From: Octopus vulgaris
Lineage: Eukaryota
Direction: 5' to 3'
DNA: 64,000 nucleotides
Assembly (NCBI GenBank): GCA_951406725.2
Contig: OX597814.1
Location: 117,366,001 to 117,430,000 of the forward strand
Both the position numbers and the translations under genes were made by a program. This document shows, one piece after another, positions 1-13,350 of this stretch (the stretch's first letter is position 1; each line of letters begins with the position of its first letter). Below the pieces are notes generated by a model, which saw nothing but the letters and a program-made list of their open reading frames with translations, did not search any database and was not told where the DNA came from.

Positions 1-66
1 TATAGCCTCGGGCCGACCAAAGACTTGTGAGTGGATTTGGTGGACGGAAACTGAAAGAAGCCCGTC

Positions 67-142
<76 letters not shown>

Positions 143-345
143 TTGTGTGTCTGTGTTTGTCTCTCCAACATCGCTTGACAACCGATTTTGGTGTGTTAAC
201 GTCACCGTAAATTAGCAGTTCGGCAAAAGGGACCGATAGTATAAGTACTAAGTTTAGAATGAATAAGTCCTGGGGTCGATTTCCTCGACTAAAGTTGGTG
301 CTCCAGGAGGACTGAAACAAGTAAAAGAATAAAAGAATAAAAGAG
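1..345 (+). mobile_element. SINE family A copy (5' end cut by the window edge) with internal (TA)n(TG)n tract
   Basis: Matches the other family A copies (tatagcctcgggccgaccaaag...ggaaactgaaagaagcccgtcg-[microsatellite]-...ctggggtcgattt...gactgaaacaagtaaaagaa) and ends in a (taaaagaa)n tail. Confidence 0.85.
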
Positions 346-394
346 TCACTGTTTCATTGCAGGTTGAATATTACCATTATTAACACTAGTAATA

Positions 395-570
395 AGGTGG
401 TAGGACGTTATTTCGTCCGTCTTTAGGTTCTGAGTTCTAATTCCACCGAGGTCGACTGTGTCTTTCGTCATTTCTGTGGTTATGAAATTAAGTACCAGTT
501 AAGTACTGGGGTCAATGTACTCGACTAATCCTTCACCCTAAAATTTCAGGACCTCTGCCTCAAGAAAGAA
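395..570 (+). mobile_element. SINE family B, degenerate copy
   Basis: ttctgagttctaattccaccgaggtcgac...aagtaccag...ctggggtcaat aligns by eye with 32979-33201. Confidence 0.65.
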
Positions 571-1719
571 TTGGTAATAGCAATCTTAAAAATAATAATT
601 ATTACACATATTTTCTATGCAGATGATGTGTGGAAAATATGTTTCTCAACGAAATATTTCTCGCTATCTTCATTTCACCCCAGAAGAGGCGTACCCACTT
701 CAACTGTTCTATCAGCACCATTGATCCACTGCTTATTAAACAGTCTGGAAATGAAGTAGCTTCTTGCTTCCTGGTAGATGAATTCATTTGCATATTTTTG
801 ATCTTGGGCACCCCTCCCCCCATTTTTAATCAATATCTATTTATGTATTACACGTTGCAAATCAGAAGAACTTAAATATATTTAAATATTATAAATCCAA
901 ACGCTTATGTTATTCTTGTGGGTGAGAGATAATGAAACAACGGTGGTAATTCAAATCATTTTCTAGATTATAAGGGACTACTTATGCTATTGTTTGGAGA
1001 AATTATCATTGTACGTTTTCTCGGGGCAGCGGGTAATCAGCTAGTAGAATCCGTTTCAATTCTTTTCCGCATATCTATAATATAGAAATAAAATGTATAT
1101 ATGAAACGTTATATTATTTCAATTTATTTATAAAGTTCTTCTCTTCCCTCTCTTATGCATGTATAGATGTTGACTCTGTGAAGAGCAAGGTTTAATGATC
1201 GTTGCTACATTAACCTTGGTCGAAGAGCAACATATCCAGTGTTAGAACACACACAGAATCGCCGTTATTATGTTCTGTGTTTTTGTTCTTTATTCCCTTC
1301 GATAGGTAAACCATTAAAATTATGATTTAAATTTACATCGAGAAGCTGAAACCTACACTTAAATGGACTTACATATTATAAAGGACTTATGCTATTGTTT
1401 CGAGAAGATGTTCTTATACGCTTTCTGAAACGGGAAATTCTAGCATAATATCTGTTTTTCGAACATGCGTCTTTACATTTCTTCAATGGTGTTTGGACAT
1501 AATTATCTCACAAGCTTGGATAAATCGTCAAAGCATCCATTTGGCGACTTATAAATGTACCCCGACCTATAAATGATTTCCAGCTTCATACAAAGTACTT
1601 TTGTTTTATGAATATAAAAACAAACAAAGAGCAAAAAAAGAAACTTGAAGGGAAGTTTATATTTGGTATTATTTTAACTTTTGCTAAAAATGCATCTTGT
1701 ATTTAATTTTTTTCCTCGC

Positions 1720-2340
1720 GGTGTAGCTTTACTGGAGCATGAACTATGATCCTGATGGGTATTCTTATACCAGGAGGTATTTGTTTTTATAACAGTTTGC
1801 TTCCGGTGTTATTTCGTAAGCGTATAGGAACGTACAATGTTTTACGCGGTATTATATGTCTGTCAATGTTAGCTGTTGTATTGTCTCTTCAGTCGAATGA
1901 AAATTCGGAGGATATTTTCATTAAGGTGCTGTTAGTTTCTGAGCAACATTCGTTAACTTAGTGCAATATCAAATCTTTCCTTTTCATAAATCAGAAGTCA
2001 GCTGTTGCCTAGAAGAATAAACATTTATACGCATGTATGTATCTTATCTAATCGCATGCACACGTATACTGACTTGAGTAAATGTATAGCTATTTACTCG
2101 TATTTTATTGACCGGATCCTGTAATATTCCCGCTCAGACAACTGATAATTCCAGCTTCTGTAGCATATTTCTTCTTTTTTATATTATTCGGGGAATTTTT
2201 ATTTTCTACTTTGCTCGACACCAATAATTTGTTCACTTCATATTTCAAAGCTACAGCATTGTTATTTGAAGAGATCGTAAACGCGATAACTTCCAGTTTG
2301 AAAGTGGCCTCATATTTCATTTCTTCTATTGGTGAGTGGC
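1720..2340 (-). pseudogene. Decayed pogo-family (Tc1/mariner superfamily) transposase
   Basis: ORF 2105-2419 contains KYEATFKLEVIAF..NNNAVALKYEVN, resembling the Brinker-type HTH of POGK-like pogo transposases (SYTAAFKLKVI...NRAAARKFGV). Frameshifted downstream pieces read MKRKDLIL..TNVAQKL and IPIRIIVHA, resembling pogo CENP-B/DDE segments. Confidence 0.55.
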
Positions 2341-2949
2341 TGGGAATAAACACTGGTTGAAATGGTTGAGTGTGCGGTAAATAGAGTTTCCTTAGGTAAT
2401 TTCTAGAAGGTATTATCACGTTTTATCATATAATAAATGTATATTACATCCTCAGTTTGAACAATGTTACGAAAGACACAATAACCATTGAGTAATGTCC
2501 ATTTAGATATTTTATAGACGGCATACAACGGTGTTTTACAGTACATGTATACATAAGTATATGTGTTCATGGGTACGCATGTGTGCGTATGTTTGTATGC
2601 GTGTTTGTTTGTGTGTGTATGTATTATTGCTAAAGAAAGTCATAATCTATTTGAATCAATCCTGAATACAGCCATTGAATGTTTAATATCGTGGCGTACA
2701 GAAAGCATAGCTCTATCAGAAAGTAAAAATGGAGCTATGTATCTTACGATCAAATTCTAAATTGGAACTACGTATCTTAAAAAAAAAAAATTATAATTAC
2801 AATTTACGATTTAATCTTAAGATTCTTCTGACTCAATATAGTTGATATACAAACGTACACATATATTTTAAGAGAATATTTGTAAATTCTCAAATATCAA
2901 AATGTTCTTCACTACAGAAATTACCATTTTGTCAACCAGAATTTAAAAT

Positions 2950-3270
2950 ATGACTTATAATCTGATGTTCTATATCAATATTAATCTAACCGAGGTGTTG
3001 CATAATGGGAATGAACGTTGCATTGCGAGTATCAGAAAGAATCTCACTAGAATATTTGAAGAAGTTAATCTAAAGATTACTGTTAATATCAACCGCACTA
3101 GGTTATTATTTGTACAAAACTATGAACTTCAATACAGTAAATACTGTTCATTACATCCCCAGATAGAAATATTCCTGTCGGCTTTATTGTTGAATTTCAT
3201 TTGTATTTAATATTGTACATAGAAAATTCTCATCAGCTGGAAACGTTTAATACGAGAGAAATAACAAAAT
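2950..3270 (+). pseudogene. Decayed Penelope-like RT fragment
   Basis: SIRKNLTRIFEEVNLKITVNIN resembles the PLE RT segment between the YxDD and FLDV motifs (RIRKxLxxIFxxxGLKITxxxN). Confidence 0.4.
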
Positions 3271-3668
3271 CATTTTGACAGCTAATTGTGCATACAACGT
3301 TTAGGTGTTAAGAACATATTCTTTCTAACACTTTGGTCACTAGCATGTACACGCACGCGTGCACACACACATACATACATAGGAATCTCTTGTACGACTA
3401 GGTGAAATGGTATTGCCAATTCTGTCTCTAGATAAGGAAAGCCAGCCTTACGATAACATGCGACTGTTCATTAATTACATATACATGATATTTTGCTAAT
3501 TTCATTTGCTAAATGTGAACATTACGATTATTACATTTCTGCGAGCTTACAGAAACAGCTGTCCAGTTTAACAGTTATATATTTTCTCCGTAGCATTTAT
3601 TTATTCTTATGTTCTATGTAAATTCATATATATATAAATAAATAAATATATATGTATATGTATATATA

Positions 3669-3881
3669 TTTATAAAAATATGGTAAAGTAAAAGAATTCA
3701 CTTTACCACACACCGAACTTTTCCGAAATAGCAGCCAAAAACTTGGCTATTTCTTCAACTGCAAATAAAAGTCTCCAGACAATTATTTGCAGTTGAAGAA
3801 ATAGCCAAGTTTTTGGCTGCTATTTCGGAAAAGTTCGGTGTGTGGTAAAGTGAATTCTTTACTTTACCATATTTTTATAAA
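3669..3881. repeat. Near-perfect foldback with ~100-bp arms and a ~14-nt loop; unpaired tail to ~3980; bounded by (TA)n
   Basis: 3669-3768 is the reverse complement of 3783-3881 apart from one A/T-run indel. Confidence 0.95.
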
Positions 3882-3984
3882 TTAATACTTCAAATATACC
3901 GTAAATGGTCTTTACATACCGAATACTGCTTGGTCGAATTTATTAATAATTAATTGATTCGACCCCCATTTTCTCATAACAATA

Positions 3985-4049
<65 letters not shown>

Positions 4050-4051
<2 letters not shown>

Positions 4052-4245
4052 AGAATTCTCAATTCTCAAAAAAGAAGAGTCGAAGTCAGGTGGTGTACAA
4101 AACAAACAGAGGAATTAGTATAACGCTCGGGAAGTGAAAACGTTTTCAACGTTTCGAGTCTACGCTCTTCCATAGAAGGGAACACAGAAAGAAACAAGTA
4201 GACAAAAATAAAGAATATGCAGTGGCTAGCGATTTATCATGGCGA
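4050..4245 (-). mobile_element. Solo pLTR-like element with a hammerhead-like motif (4145-4180)
   Basis: Homologous to the PLE terminus at 59297-59505 (gtcaggtggtg...attagtataacgctc...aacgtttcgagtctacgctcttc...catggcga); flanked by (TA)n. Confidence 0.75.
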
Positions 4246-4265
4246 ATAATATATATATATATATA

Positions 4266-4445
4266 TCCCCCAAAACAAGGAGAAACACAAAATAACAACG
4301 ACGTGAGGGTGTGGTACATGTAAAGTTATAGTAGACGCTCAGGCGAGGAAAGACAGATGATTTAACATTTTGAGCTAAGCTCTTCTTCAGAAACAGAGGA
4401 AAGTCTAATAGAAAAGGAAGATGGAGAGTGATCTAGCATGGCCGA
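4266..4445 (-). mobile_element. Solo pLTR-like element, second subfamily, with a degenerate hammerhead (4361-4394)
   Basis: Reverse complement of the 26262-26455 unit; minus strand reads CTGAAGA-A-GAGC-TTA-GCTC-AAAA-TGTT. Confidence 0.65.
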
Positions 4446-4480
4446 AATAACATGACTAAGATAAGTAAGAGAATAAAAGA

Positions 4481-4539
<59 letters not shown>

Positions 4540-4556
4540 CGTATACATACATATAT

Positions 4557-4720
4557 ACGACGGGCTTCTTTCCGTTTCTCTCTACCAAATCCACTCACAA
4601 GGCTTTGGTGGTCCCGAGACTATAGAACAAGACACGTGCCCAAGGTGCCACGCAGTGGGACTGAACTCGGAACCATGTGGTTCGTAAGCAAGTACTTATC
4701 ACACAGCGAATCCTGTGCCC
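4557..4720 (-). mobile_element. SINE family A 5' half
   Basis: Reverse complement of the tRNA-like head and body up to the internal microsatellite. Confidence 0.85.
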
Positions 4721-4747
4721 ACACACACACACACATATATATATATA

Positions 4748-5247
4748 GGCGTAGGAGTGGCTATAAGCGTAGGTATGGCTGTGTGGTAAGTAGCTTACTT
4801 ACGAACCACATGGTTCCGGGTTCAGTCCCTCTGCGTGTGTGTATCTGGGTGAGGGGGCGCAGGAGTGGCTGCCTGGTAAGTAGGTTGCTTACGAACCACA
4901 TGGTTTCGGGTTCAGTCCCACTGCGTGGCACCTTGGATACGTGTCTACCTCGGGCTGACCAAAGACTTGCGAGTGAATTTGGTAGACAGAAACTGAAAAA
5001 GCCCGTCGTATATGTGTATATATACATATATATGTATGTGTGTGTATATGTTTGTGCGTGTGTGTTTGTCCCCCCAACATCTCTTGACAACCGATGATGG
5101 TGTTTTTACCACCCCGTAACTTAGCTGTTCGGTAAAAGAGGCCGATAGAATAAGTACTAGGCTTACAAAGTCCTGGGGTCGATTTGCTCGATTAAAGGCG
5201 GTGCTCCAGCAAGGCCACAGTCAAATGACTGAAATAAGTAAAAGAGT
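4748..5247 (+). mobile_element. SINE family A, full copy (from ~4857) preceded by two partial heads (4748, ~4766)
   Basis: ggcgtaggagtggct head (A-box-like tggctgtgtgg, B-box-like ggttcagtccc), body, internal microsatellite and gactgaaataagtaaaagag tail. Confidence 0.85.
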
Positions 5248-6363
5248 ATATATATATATGAATATACAATATAAATGTACTCATATGGAAAATGTACATG
5301 TATACATCTGATGGAGAGATCATATAAACAACAGAGGGTTGTATACTAACGTCTGACACCGCTGTAAGATGTCACTTGGCAGAGAACATTATACCATTGA
5401 TACAGAGTTGGGAGCAACCAACTTTTTAGCTTTTATTTTGGTTACTAACCAGAATAAGTGGCACAGATGAGTGGGAATAAATATCTTTCCAAAAATACCA
5501 GAGATGATACTGGTATAAAAGGATTCTGGAATCAAATACTCGATGCCTGATGCAGATAGTTGGCGGCAATGAGTGTAAGATGTTTCATACATGTATACGT
5601 GTTTGTGTGAGAATGCGTTTGTGCATATGTGCCTGCTTATGTGTATATGATTATGCATACGTGTGTTTGAGTATTTATACATACTTCGCGTAGTCAGATT
5701 ACACAATCTTGAAAACCTACTTTAAAAATCACAGATCACCTCAAAATCACGTTATAAATTTAAGCACAATTATTAAATAAGATATAGAAATACTTTTGTA
5801 TTAAATTAGCATATTTTAGAAAATAAAGTGGTGTTTATTTTACATTGCATGCTTTGAAATGAATAAAATTTTATGCTTTGAGTGTCATACATCTAACAGT
5901 GACTCTGTGTGGTCAGTAATTTCAGATTCATTAATGATTTCTCTTAAATTAGATCATTAAAACATATTAATGATGTATTCTCCACGTCGACGTTTGTTTC
6001 TACGTTAACAGCGCTCGGGTTCAAAATATGATCAAACGCATTTCAGCCGCAACTATCTCGCCTTTATAGAAGTATGGAGGAATAGTTTAACTAATTGTAC
6101 AGTTTCTATTTCCAACTTAGAACGAATGAATATAGGATATATGACTAATTGCAATGGTATTGCGAGAGGCCATGCAGACGGAACGCATGTATGTAAACAG
6201 GTGACAATTCGGTGCACGCATTGACAAGGCTTAATTAAGTCGAAATGCCTCTCACTGCAGAGACGATGTTCTTTGCACTCCAACCAATATATATTTAGTA
6301 TCTAATACAAGATCATTGTCAATCATTTTATCTCTCCCTCCCCCGATCTCTCCCTTACACATA

Positions 6364-6436
<73 letters not shown>

Positions 6437-6445
6437 TCTTGCTTG

Positions 6446-6495
6446 CAAAAACTGTCCGACGAACGGGAACGTGAAACTCAGAGTAACAGGTTTTG
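6446..6495 (+). ncRNA. Type I hammerhead ribozyme-like motif (U4C core variant) in a ~160-bp unit between (TA)n tracts
   Basis: Stem I caaaaactgt/acaggttttg, core CCGACGA, stem II ACG-GGAA-CGT, GAAA, stem III ACTC-A-GAGT, cleavage triplet GUA (A6485). Confidence 0.65.
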
Positions 6496-6590
6496 TTGAA
6501 TTTTCTACTGCTTTAAATAAAGCATACACTCTACCACTGGTATTTGAGTACTCTATTTTACACCTTGTTTCACATTTATGTGTTTACTCC

Positions 6591-6626
<36 letters not shown>

Positions 6627-6640
6627 TATATATATGTATA

Positions 6641-6712
6641 ATCAAAATAATCAACAAGGATATCCAAAGGTATCCTAAACTACCTTTGGATATCCTTGTT
6701 GCTTATTTTGAT
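6641..6712. repeat. Foldback with 32-bp arms and an 8-nt loop; tail to ~6810; between (TA)n tracts
   Basis: atcaaaataatcaacaaggatatccaaaggta / tacctttggatatccttgttgcttattttgat. Confidence 0.9.
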
Positions 6713-6847
6713 AATTACCACATTTGATTTATATGGATAATATCACACCAAATTATGGTGCCTTTAACTTAAGTACCATATTCATCTGAATCTAAAATTT
6801 TGCTGAACCTATATATATATACACTCTCTCTCTCTCGCTCTCTCTGC

Positions 6848-6880
<33 letters not shown>

Positions 6881-6885
6881 CATCA

Positions 6886-7011
<126 letters not shown>

Positions 7012-8559
7012 TATATATCCCTTGATCATCATAAGAAAATGCTTCCTGACACATAGTATATTTTACTAATCACTACATTCAAATCCATTGTCATTTCTGA
7101 TTTGGAAACTATTGGCAATATTAAACAAATACCTCTGTTTAATATATGGTCATTGTCACTCTATATGTTAATATACGTGCGTTGAAAGACATATAGAGTG
7201 AATGATAAATATAAGATTATGTGTCATTTTCTAAGTTAGAAAACGAAGAAGAGCAATAAATAGGCAGTATAAATCTTACTGCGCGTAACTTCTACATAAC
7301 TATGATTACGTTTAATATTCATCACTGGGATAAGGCAAGAGTTGACTGTTTAAGAATTTCTTAAGCGAAAATTTCTTGCTTGCTTTGGAAGCAATTCTCC
7401 ATCCTTCCATGGTTAATATACACAAGCTGTTAAGGATGTAAAAATTATCCATTTTGTTCTTCAACGCTAATCAAAAGAGACTCGTATATTTGATGTCCTA
7501 ATAGACTGAGATCTTAAGACATCAGAGTGTACCAATTAATGCCTTAAAGCAATTCATTTTTCCCGATAGATTATGATTTTAAATCTACGCGTGCTAATTT
7601 GTCTTCTTTTCATAGAAAGATTGAGAAAGGGCGATTCTATTGACTGTAAAACTTTCCTTTTGATGTGCTGAAAAATAATTAATCAATATATTTGATTTTA
7701 TGGTACTGATCATACAAAACCTATCATTAGTGATCATTGAATTTCATTTGGCATCAGATACATCAAGTTCTAGATCAGTTTACTCCAAGCACAATCATAT
7801 CAAAACTAATTAAGAAATCACTATTAATACAAATATACTGCGTATCTTATTTCTAGCTCTGAAACCAATCTCTTATACTCTATATGTAACATACTTTTTA
7901 TTTACCCTTGATACTATATACATTAACGTCTTTTGCAAATGAGGTATCCACTCTTAAACGCTGCCAATTTACCAAGTCATTTCTCACATTCCGAAATCAG
8001 CTGCAACAGCGACAATAGCAACAACAACTACACTAACAACAACAACAACAACAACAACAATACAATGTAATCGGAGTGGGTATCAATGGAACACACAGAA
8101 TATTTCAATCAAATTTTATCTGCGGTAAAGTAAATACAAAAATATAAAAGTAGACTCCTATGTGATCTTTCGACTCGGTAGATATACCAAACAAATCTGT
8201 TTGAAAGTATAATTTAGCTCTAGATATAGGTGCGGAAGTAAAGACGGGATGGTCATAGCTGAATTTCCTTTAATCATATTTCAGGCCACTTAACGCGGAT
8301 TTGGTGCTATGAATTCACAATCTATACACTGATTTAGTTAAAAATTCACTTTAATATATAACTGCAAATTCAAAATAAAAATATTGAAACTACAAGTTAT
8401 TTATCAACAACATCATTCACTCAATTGGCATTTATCTTTGCTAATGGACATTATGAACAAAACAAACAATTGATCTCGTGAAAAACACAAGAACACTTAA
8501 GTGCTCGCCCAATTCTACTAGAAACAAAGGCTAGTCACACAGATTACATCATATAACCT

Positions 8560-9900
8560 TGCGTAAGTTTAGCCTTTTAGATTCTATTGCGAGTGTCCAA
8601 TGTTAAATTTGAGACCTGAAGATAACTTTCTACTTTTCTCTCAATGGTGGACAATCTGAAAAATGTCATGGCCTCTGCAGTTGCTGTAACCTTAGGTCAT
8701 GTAACAAATCAATGTATAAATTAGCATAGAAGTTGGTGAACGGTTTCACGATAAATGTTTCATTCTACTTTCATTTTCTTTTCAGGATGAATAGAATCAT
8801 TGGGCCGCGTATTTTCTTCCAATTTCTTTCTATGAGTGTCGGTATTGACGTTTAGCCTTGGCCTGTTTGTAGGCACTCACAGACTGTGAAGGAAAACATG
8901 CTACGCAATATATTGCCTCATTCTCCGTAATTGGAAAACATTTGAACATTGTTTTGTTCAGTCAGGCTATTCTTGAGGTTACAGAAAAACAACAACAACT
9001 ATTCGTTATTTCATGCACGAACGGGTCACAGTAATAAGGACGAGTAACATTTTAATGACTTTTAAATGTTTTACACGTTTAATGTCATCTTATGTGAAAC
9101 AGTAAACGAAATCTCCTATATTGCCGACCTATCAGGAACTCCGGCCATTTTCTTACTTCCAAAACATAAAATTAAATCGAATAAAATATTCCTATGTGTC
9201 CATGAAAATATTAATAATTATTGTTCGGAGTTGTTCAAATCTTGATGTACTGATTTTTCTCTTTCGACATTTTGGAATCATTTCTCATAATACACTTTGA
9301 TTTTTTTTGTGAACGATGGAACTGACTATGGCATGTGGTCTTATACACAGTTTTGAAATCAGTATTTGCGTATAAAATATTGGTGGTGGGTTGCTGGTAC
9401 CAGTAGAATATCGGCAAAATGTCGTGTTATATATTATAATTGTACCTCTTTATCTTCTCAATCTGAATCTTTCATAGAGAGACTGTGCCTTTTCACGCCA
9501 GTAAACTATTAGAGTTGTCGAGATTTGTTTCTCTCCATTAAACTTATCCACACTGACGTATGCTGGAGATGACTGTTCTAACCGTATCATCATCTCATGC
9601 TCCAAATAATTTGGACCCCCATTTCGATTGCTAATTAGTTTTATGATTTTTATCTTTCTTTCAGAACTTCTACAGAGATGTATGGAGATATGTATCATCT
9701 CGAAAATGTCATTATCTTACATTCATTTCCTAACCAAGGGCGTTTGTAATGTATCATGGAAAAATCTATTTAAAATCACGCATTGGATACCTCAGGAAAT
9801 TTCTTTATCTTCTGACAAGTAAACTGACCAGCGTAACTCTCATTCTCTTTCAGCTACAGATAAATAATAACATATCGACATATTACGCATCTCCTTCAGC
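8560..9900 (-). pseudogene. Highly decayed hAT (ZMYM1-like) transposase
   Basis: Minus-strand pieces occur in the expected order: PNYLEHE (cf. KYTSPEIQNE), YVSVDKFNGEKQIS..IVY...LYERF (cf. FSIxxDETTDxSxxEQLS..RYV...ERF), and C-terminal VTATAE..FFRL...LAIES (cf. hAT dimerisation domain VTVASAERSFSxL...LSIE). Confidence 0.5.
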
Positions 9901-11454
9901 TCGGCAAATGAATTAATTTTACTTCTTCATCTGATACGGGCTAATTCTTCTTTAGGGAGTTTATCAAGAGGGACTTAGGATTTTCAGATGTAACCCTATC
10001 TTATTCTTTATAATATCTGCACCTACCATTACGGAATCAAACCAAAACCAAAACCAAAGTATGAGAAGAGATTATTTTACCTAAATGTTTGCTTCTGTCT
10101 AGACGACTTTAGTACATTAGTAATTTAATTATTTTATTTTCATGTTTTCAGTATAAAAAAGTAAATAACTGGGGGACAAAAACAACTTAATATAATTATT
10201 TGTTTATTTACTGTTGTATTTATTGTTTCTACAGAGAGTACATCTATTATAGCAAACAAAACAAATATAGATATTTACACTCTATATTGCTGAACGATCT
10301 ATGCGTGACTATATATGAATGTGCTTGCGTGTCATTATGTGTGAGTGTATCTCTACGCTTATATAGGTATATGCGTGTGTATGTATGCCTGTATATGTAC
10401 AAACGTAGATACGAGCAAAGGTGTGTGTGTGTAACTCAAAACCTTGCGTCTTATTTATACCTTGGGATTTATGTGCGTGTCAGGGAACTGTGAAACCATC
10501 TTATGTTTTCTTATTTTACTAAATATAGCGAGACCAGAATGTAATGTCTCCGTAGATAAGCATTGCAAGTTCATTACTTTTTAAAGATTTCATTATTTTC
10601 TGTTTACAAACATACGAACATACACATATGGACACTTATGTTCTTGTGTTTGTATAAAAGAGTGTATGTGTGTGTATACATACATAGATACATAAATACA
10701 AACATTCACAGTGAAAGTGTTAGTGTGCGTTGAAGAGAATATGTCTGATGTAGAAATGCTTCAAATGCCTTAAAGTGTTCATTTATTTACTCTTTCATAC
10801 TCTTATCAATTGCTTGTCTCCCATCCGTCTTGGATAAAGAGAATAATATTTCTAAATCAATGTTGCCCTTGGTTTTTTCCATTTTCCGCCACAATTTCGT
10901 TCAATATATTTATGATTAAAACGTTGCTGTCTTCGATTTTCATTTTTAATTTCATTCAAAAATTCGTATAATTATTCAAAGTCTAACCATCACATTTATG
11001 GATGTACGTTGTAAATGCTGTTTTCCTTGCAGTGTGTGAGTATCTATGTTTACGACGAAATCTACCCTGACACGATCGAAAATATGTGGTTAAAGCTTAA
11101 CAGCTAAATAGCACTATAAATTCTATGTGATTTTGAAGTCATTTAATTTCCGACTAGTAGCTAACCTTCAAGTCAAAATATTGCCTCTAGTACATTGTTA
11201 CTGGATTTTTTTTAAAACGTATTACTTTATATTCGTCGATATTTTCATTTGAATTGACGATTTAAATTGTTGTCTGCGTTGTAACTATTCTATTTTCATT
11301 GATGTTTTGTCAATGTATTCAACGCTATTTTTGCTTTTGTTTTACATCACTAGTAGACACTTTGTATCCTTTTTACCTGTGCTCCAGTCTTTCCTTTTCT
11401 TCGTACTGTTGTAAGCAAGTTTTCCCACTACACTAATATTTCTTTGTAAAATCA

Positions 11455-11580
11455 TTATCTCATGATCCAAATAATTTAGACTCCCATTTCGATTGCTGAT
11501 TAGATTTATGATTTTTAACTTTCTTTCAGACTTCTATAGAGATGTATAGAGATATGTATCATCTCGAAAATGTCATTATA
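11455..11580 (-). repeat. Second diverged copy of part of the hAT relic (matches 9592-9716)
   Basis: tctcatgatccaaataatttagactcccatttcgattgctgattag...gagatatgtatcatctcgaaaatgtcattat is near-identical to 9592-9716. Confidence 0.85.
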
Positions 11581-12532
11581 TTGACTTTGAAATATGGTTT
11601 TAAATTTCACCGCAAGTTTACCTTACTCTGAGGTAGCATACAGCAATGCACTGTAATTGAGTCTTTGCCACATACCCTGTCGTCGGTTGACGGGTAAATT
11701 ATTTTCTATTTTAACGCCGCCATGCCTGCGCATGATTATCTCCTTCCCTAATCGTCTATATAAACGTTGAAGTAATATAAAGGAAAAAAAAACATGGTTT
11801 ATAAAAACCGTTTTAGTTTTTCTGATGTTTATTTCACAGCTTCCTCTTTATTTAGTATCCTTTATTATTTCATTTCCTGACTTTATGATAAATATTTGAT
11901 TGCTGGCAGATAAACTCACTAATCTATTCTCTTTCAGCGAAGTAGTATCTAAATTTTACTGTAGTGTTTTCTGGCGTTTCACTCGGATATCTTTGCTATT
12001 ATCTGTTTTGTCGTCTTTTATCTATAATATTTTTTTAGTGAACTACTCGTTTGTAACTTTTGTTCTTGACATATAAATACACGTTTGTGGCTTCTTTCTC
12101 TCTGATGATTTTAATGTATTTGTGGTTAATATTTTTCAAGAACCAATTTCCTTACTTGAAAGTCGTTTACCAATTTCATTTAATTACTTTCTCTACAGTC
12201 TCAGTTAGTCTAAACACGTATATATTCTATTAGCATTGGAGTATAGCACAAAAATTAACATTGTGTTGTATTCATATTTTCTCATTACTGATATTTATTT
12301 CTAATTTCATTATGTTTCATTCCTGCAGTACATATTATAGAACTGAAAGTATGTTTCAATCATATGCCTAATTCTAGCAATAGCATTTTCTGAACCAAAT
12401 CTATGATGAATATATACGGTTTGGATTCATCGCATTTTTTTACCATACAGACGGTCTGACACAGGAAAGTCATGTGCAAAGAATTTTTAACAAACTTTAT
12501 GCAGGCGTGTATCATTCCAAATTTATATTAAA

Positions 12533-12939
12533 CTAGCAGTATCGACCGGCGTTGCTCGGGTTTCTTTCGACCCTTTAGAATTGGAATTTTTGAAAAGTAA
12601 AAATTTTGCATTATGTAGCTTGTTATTCTCTTTAAGTGAACATTTTCGTGGTTGAAATACACCGAAAAATGGTGACACAGCAGTCAGAAAATCGTAAAAA
12701 AAAAAAAAATAGGGATTTTCATAGAAAAAAAGCACCTTTTCGATGTAAATAATTTTTGGTGTTAACATGGCCCGATTTGAATTTTTTTCTTCTACGGAAG
12801 GAAGATCAAGCCTTCGTCTATCATGCTCTCAATGTTGGTCAACTTGCGCTGCAGGGTCTCGGAGGAGATAATGTTAGTTGAGGGCTACCAAACCTGCCAT
12901 ACACAGACAGATTCAGCTTTATATATATATATATATAGA
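12533..12939 (-). mobile_element. Non-autonomous Helitron (~407 bp)
   Basis: Minus strand starts 5'-TC(TA)n, ends ...CCCGAGCAACGCCGG (GC hairpin) TCGATACTG-CTAG-3', and sits between host A and T with no TSD, which are the canonical Helitron termini. Confidence 0.8.
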
Positions 12940-13009
12940 TTATTTCTATATTATATTTTGCTAGCGCATATTTAGTAAGAGGTTTGATTTATCGTTTATC
13001 TGTGACTTC

Positions 13010-13350
13010 CGTCAGTCACTGGACGGCAGCCATGCAGCGACATCCCCTAGAAAATGTTGTGAAACAAATTGACCACGTAGTTATTTTCTTTCTTTCCATG
13101 GCACTTACGTTATCTGTCTATTTTCTCTGAACCACTAAATTACAGGGACGTAAAAAGTGGTTGTCAAACGGTGGTCTATGACAAAGATACATTCACTAAT
13201 GGATTTATAGATGTATACGACGGACTCCTTTTGGTTTCCGCCTACCAAATCTACTCACAAGTCTTTGGTCAGCCCGGAGCTATAACAGACGACATTCAGT
13301 GCAACTGAACTCGGAACCACGTGGTTGGAATGAAACTTACGACACAGCTA
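13010..13350 (-). mobile_element. SINE family A, old degenerate copy
   Basis: acgacggactcc...ctaccaaatctactcacaagtctttggtc...actgaactcggaaccacgtgg aligns with family A. Confidence 0.7.

Noticed and set aside
571-800. Possible exon after ttttctatgcag (RRGVPTSTVLSAP)
   Set aside because: No supported splice donor or partner exon; more like a decayed LINE RT motif, and too weak to call
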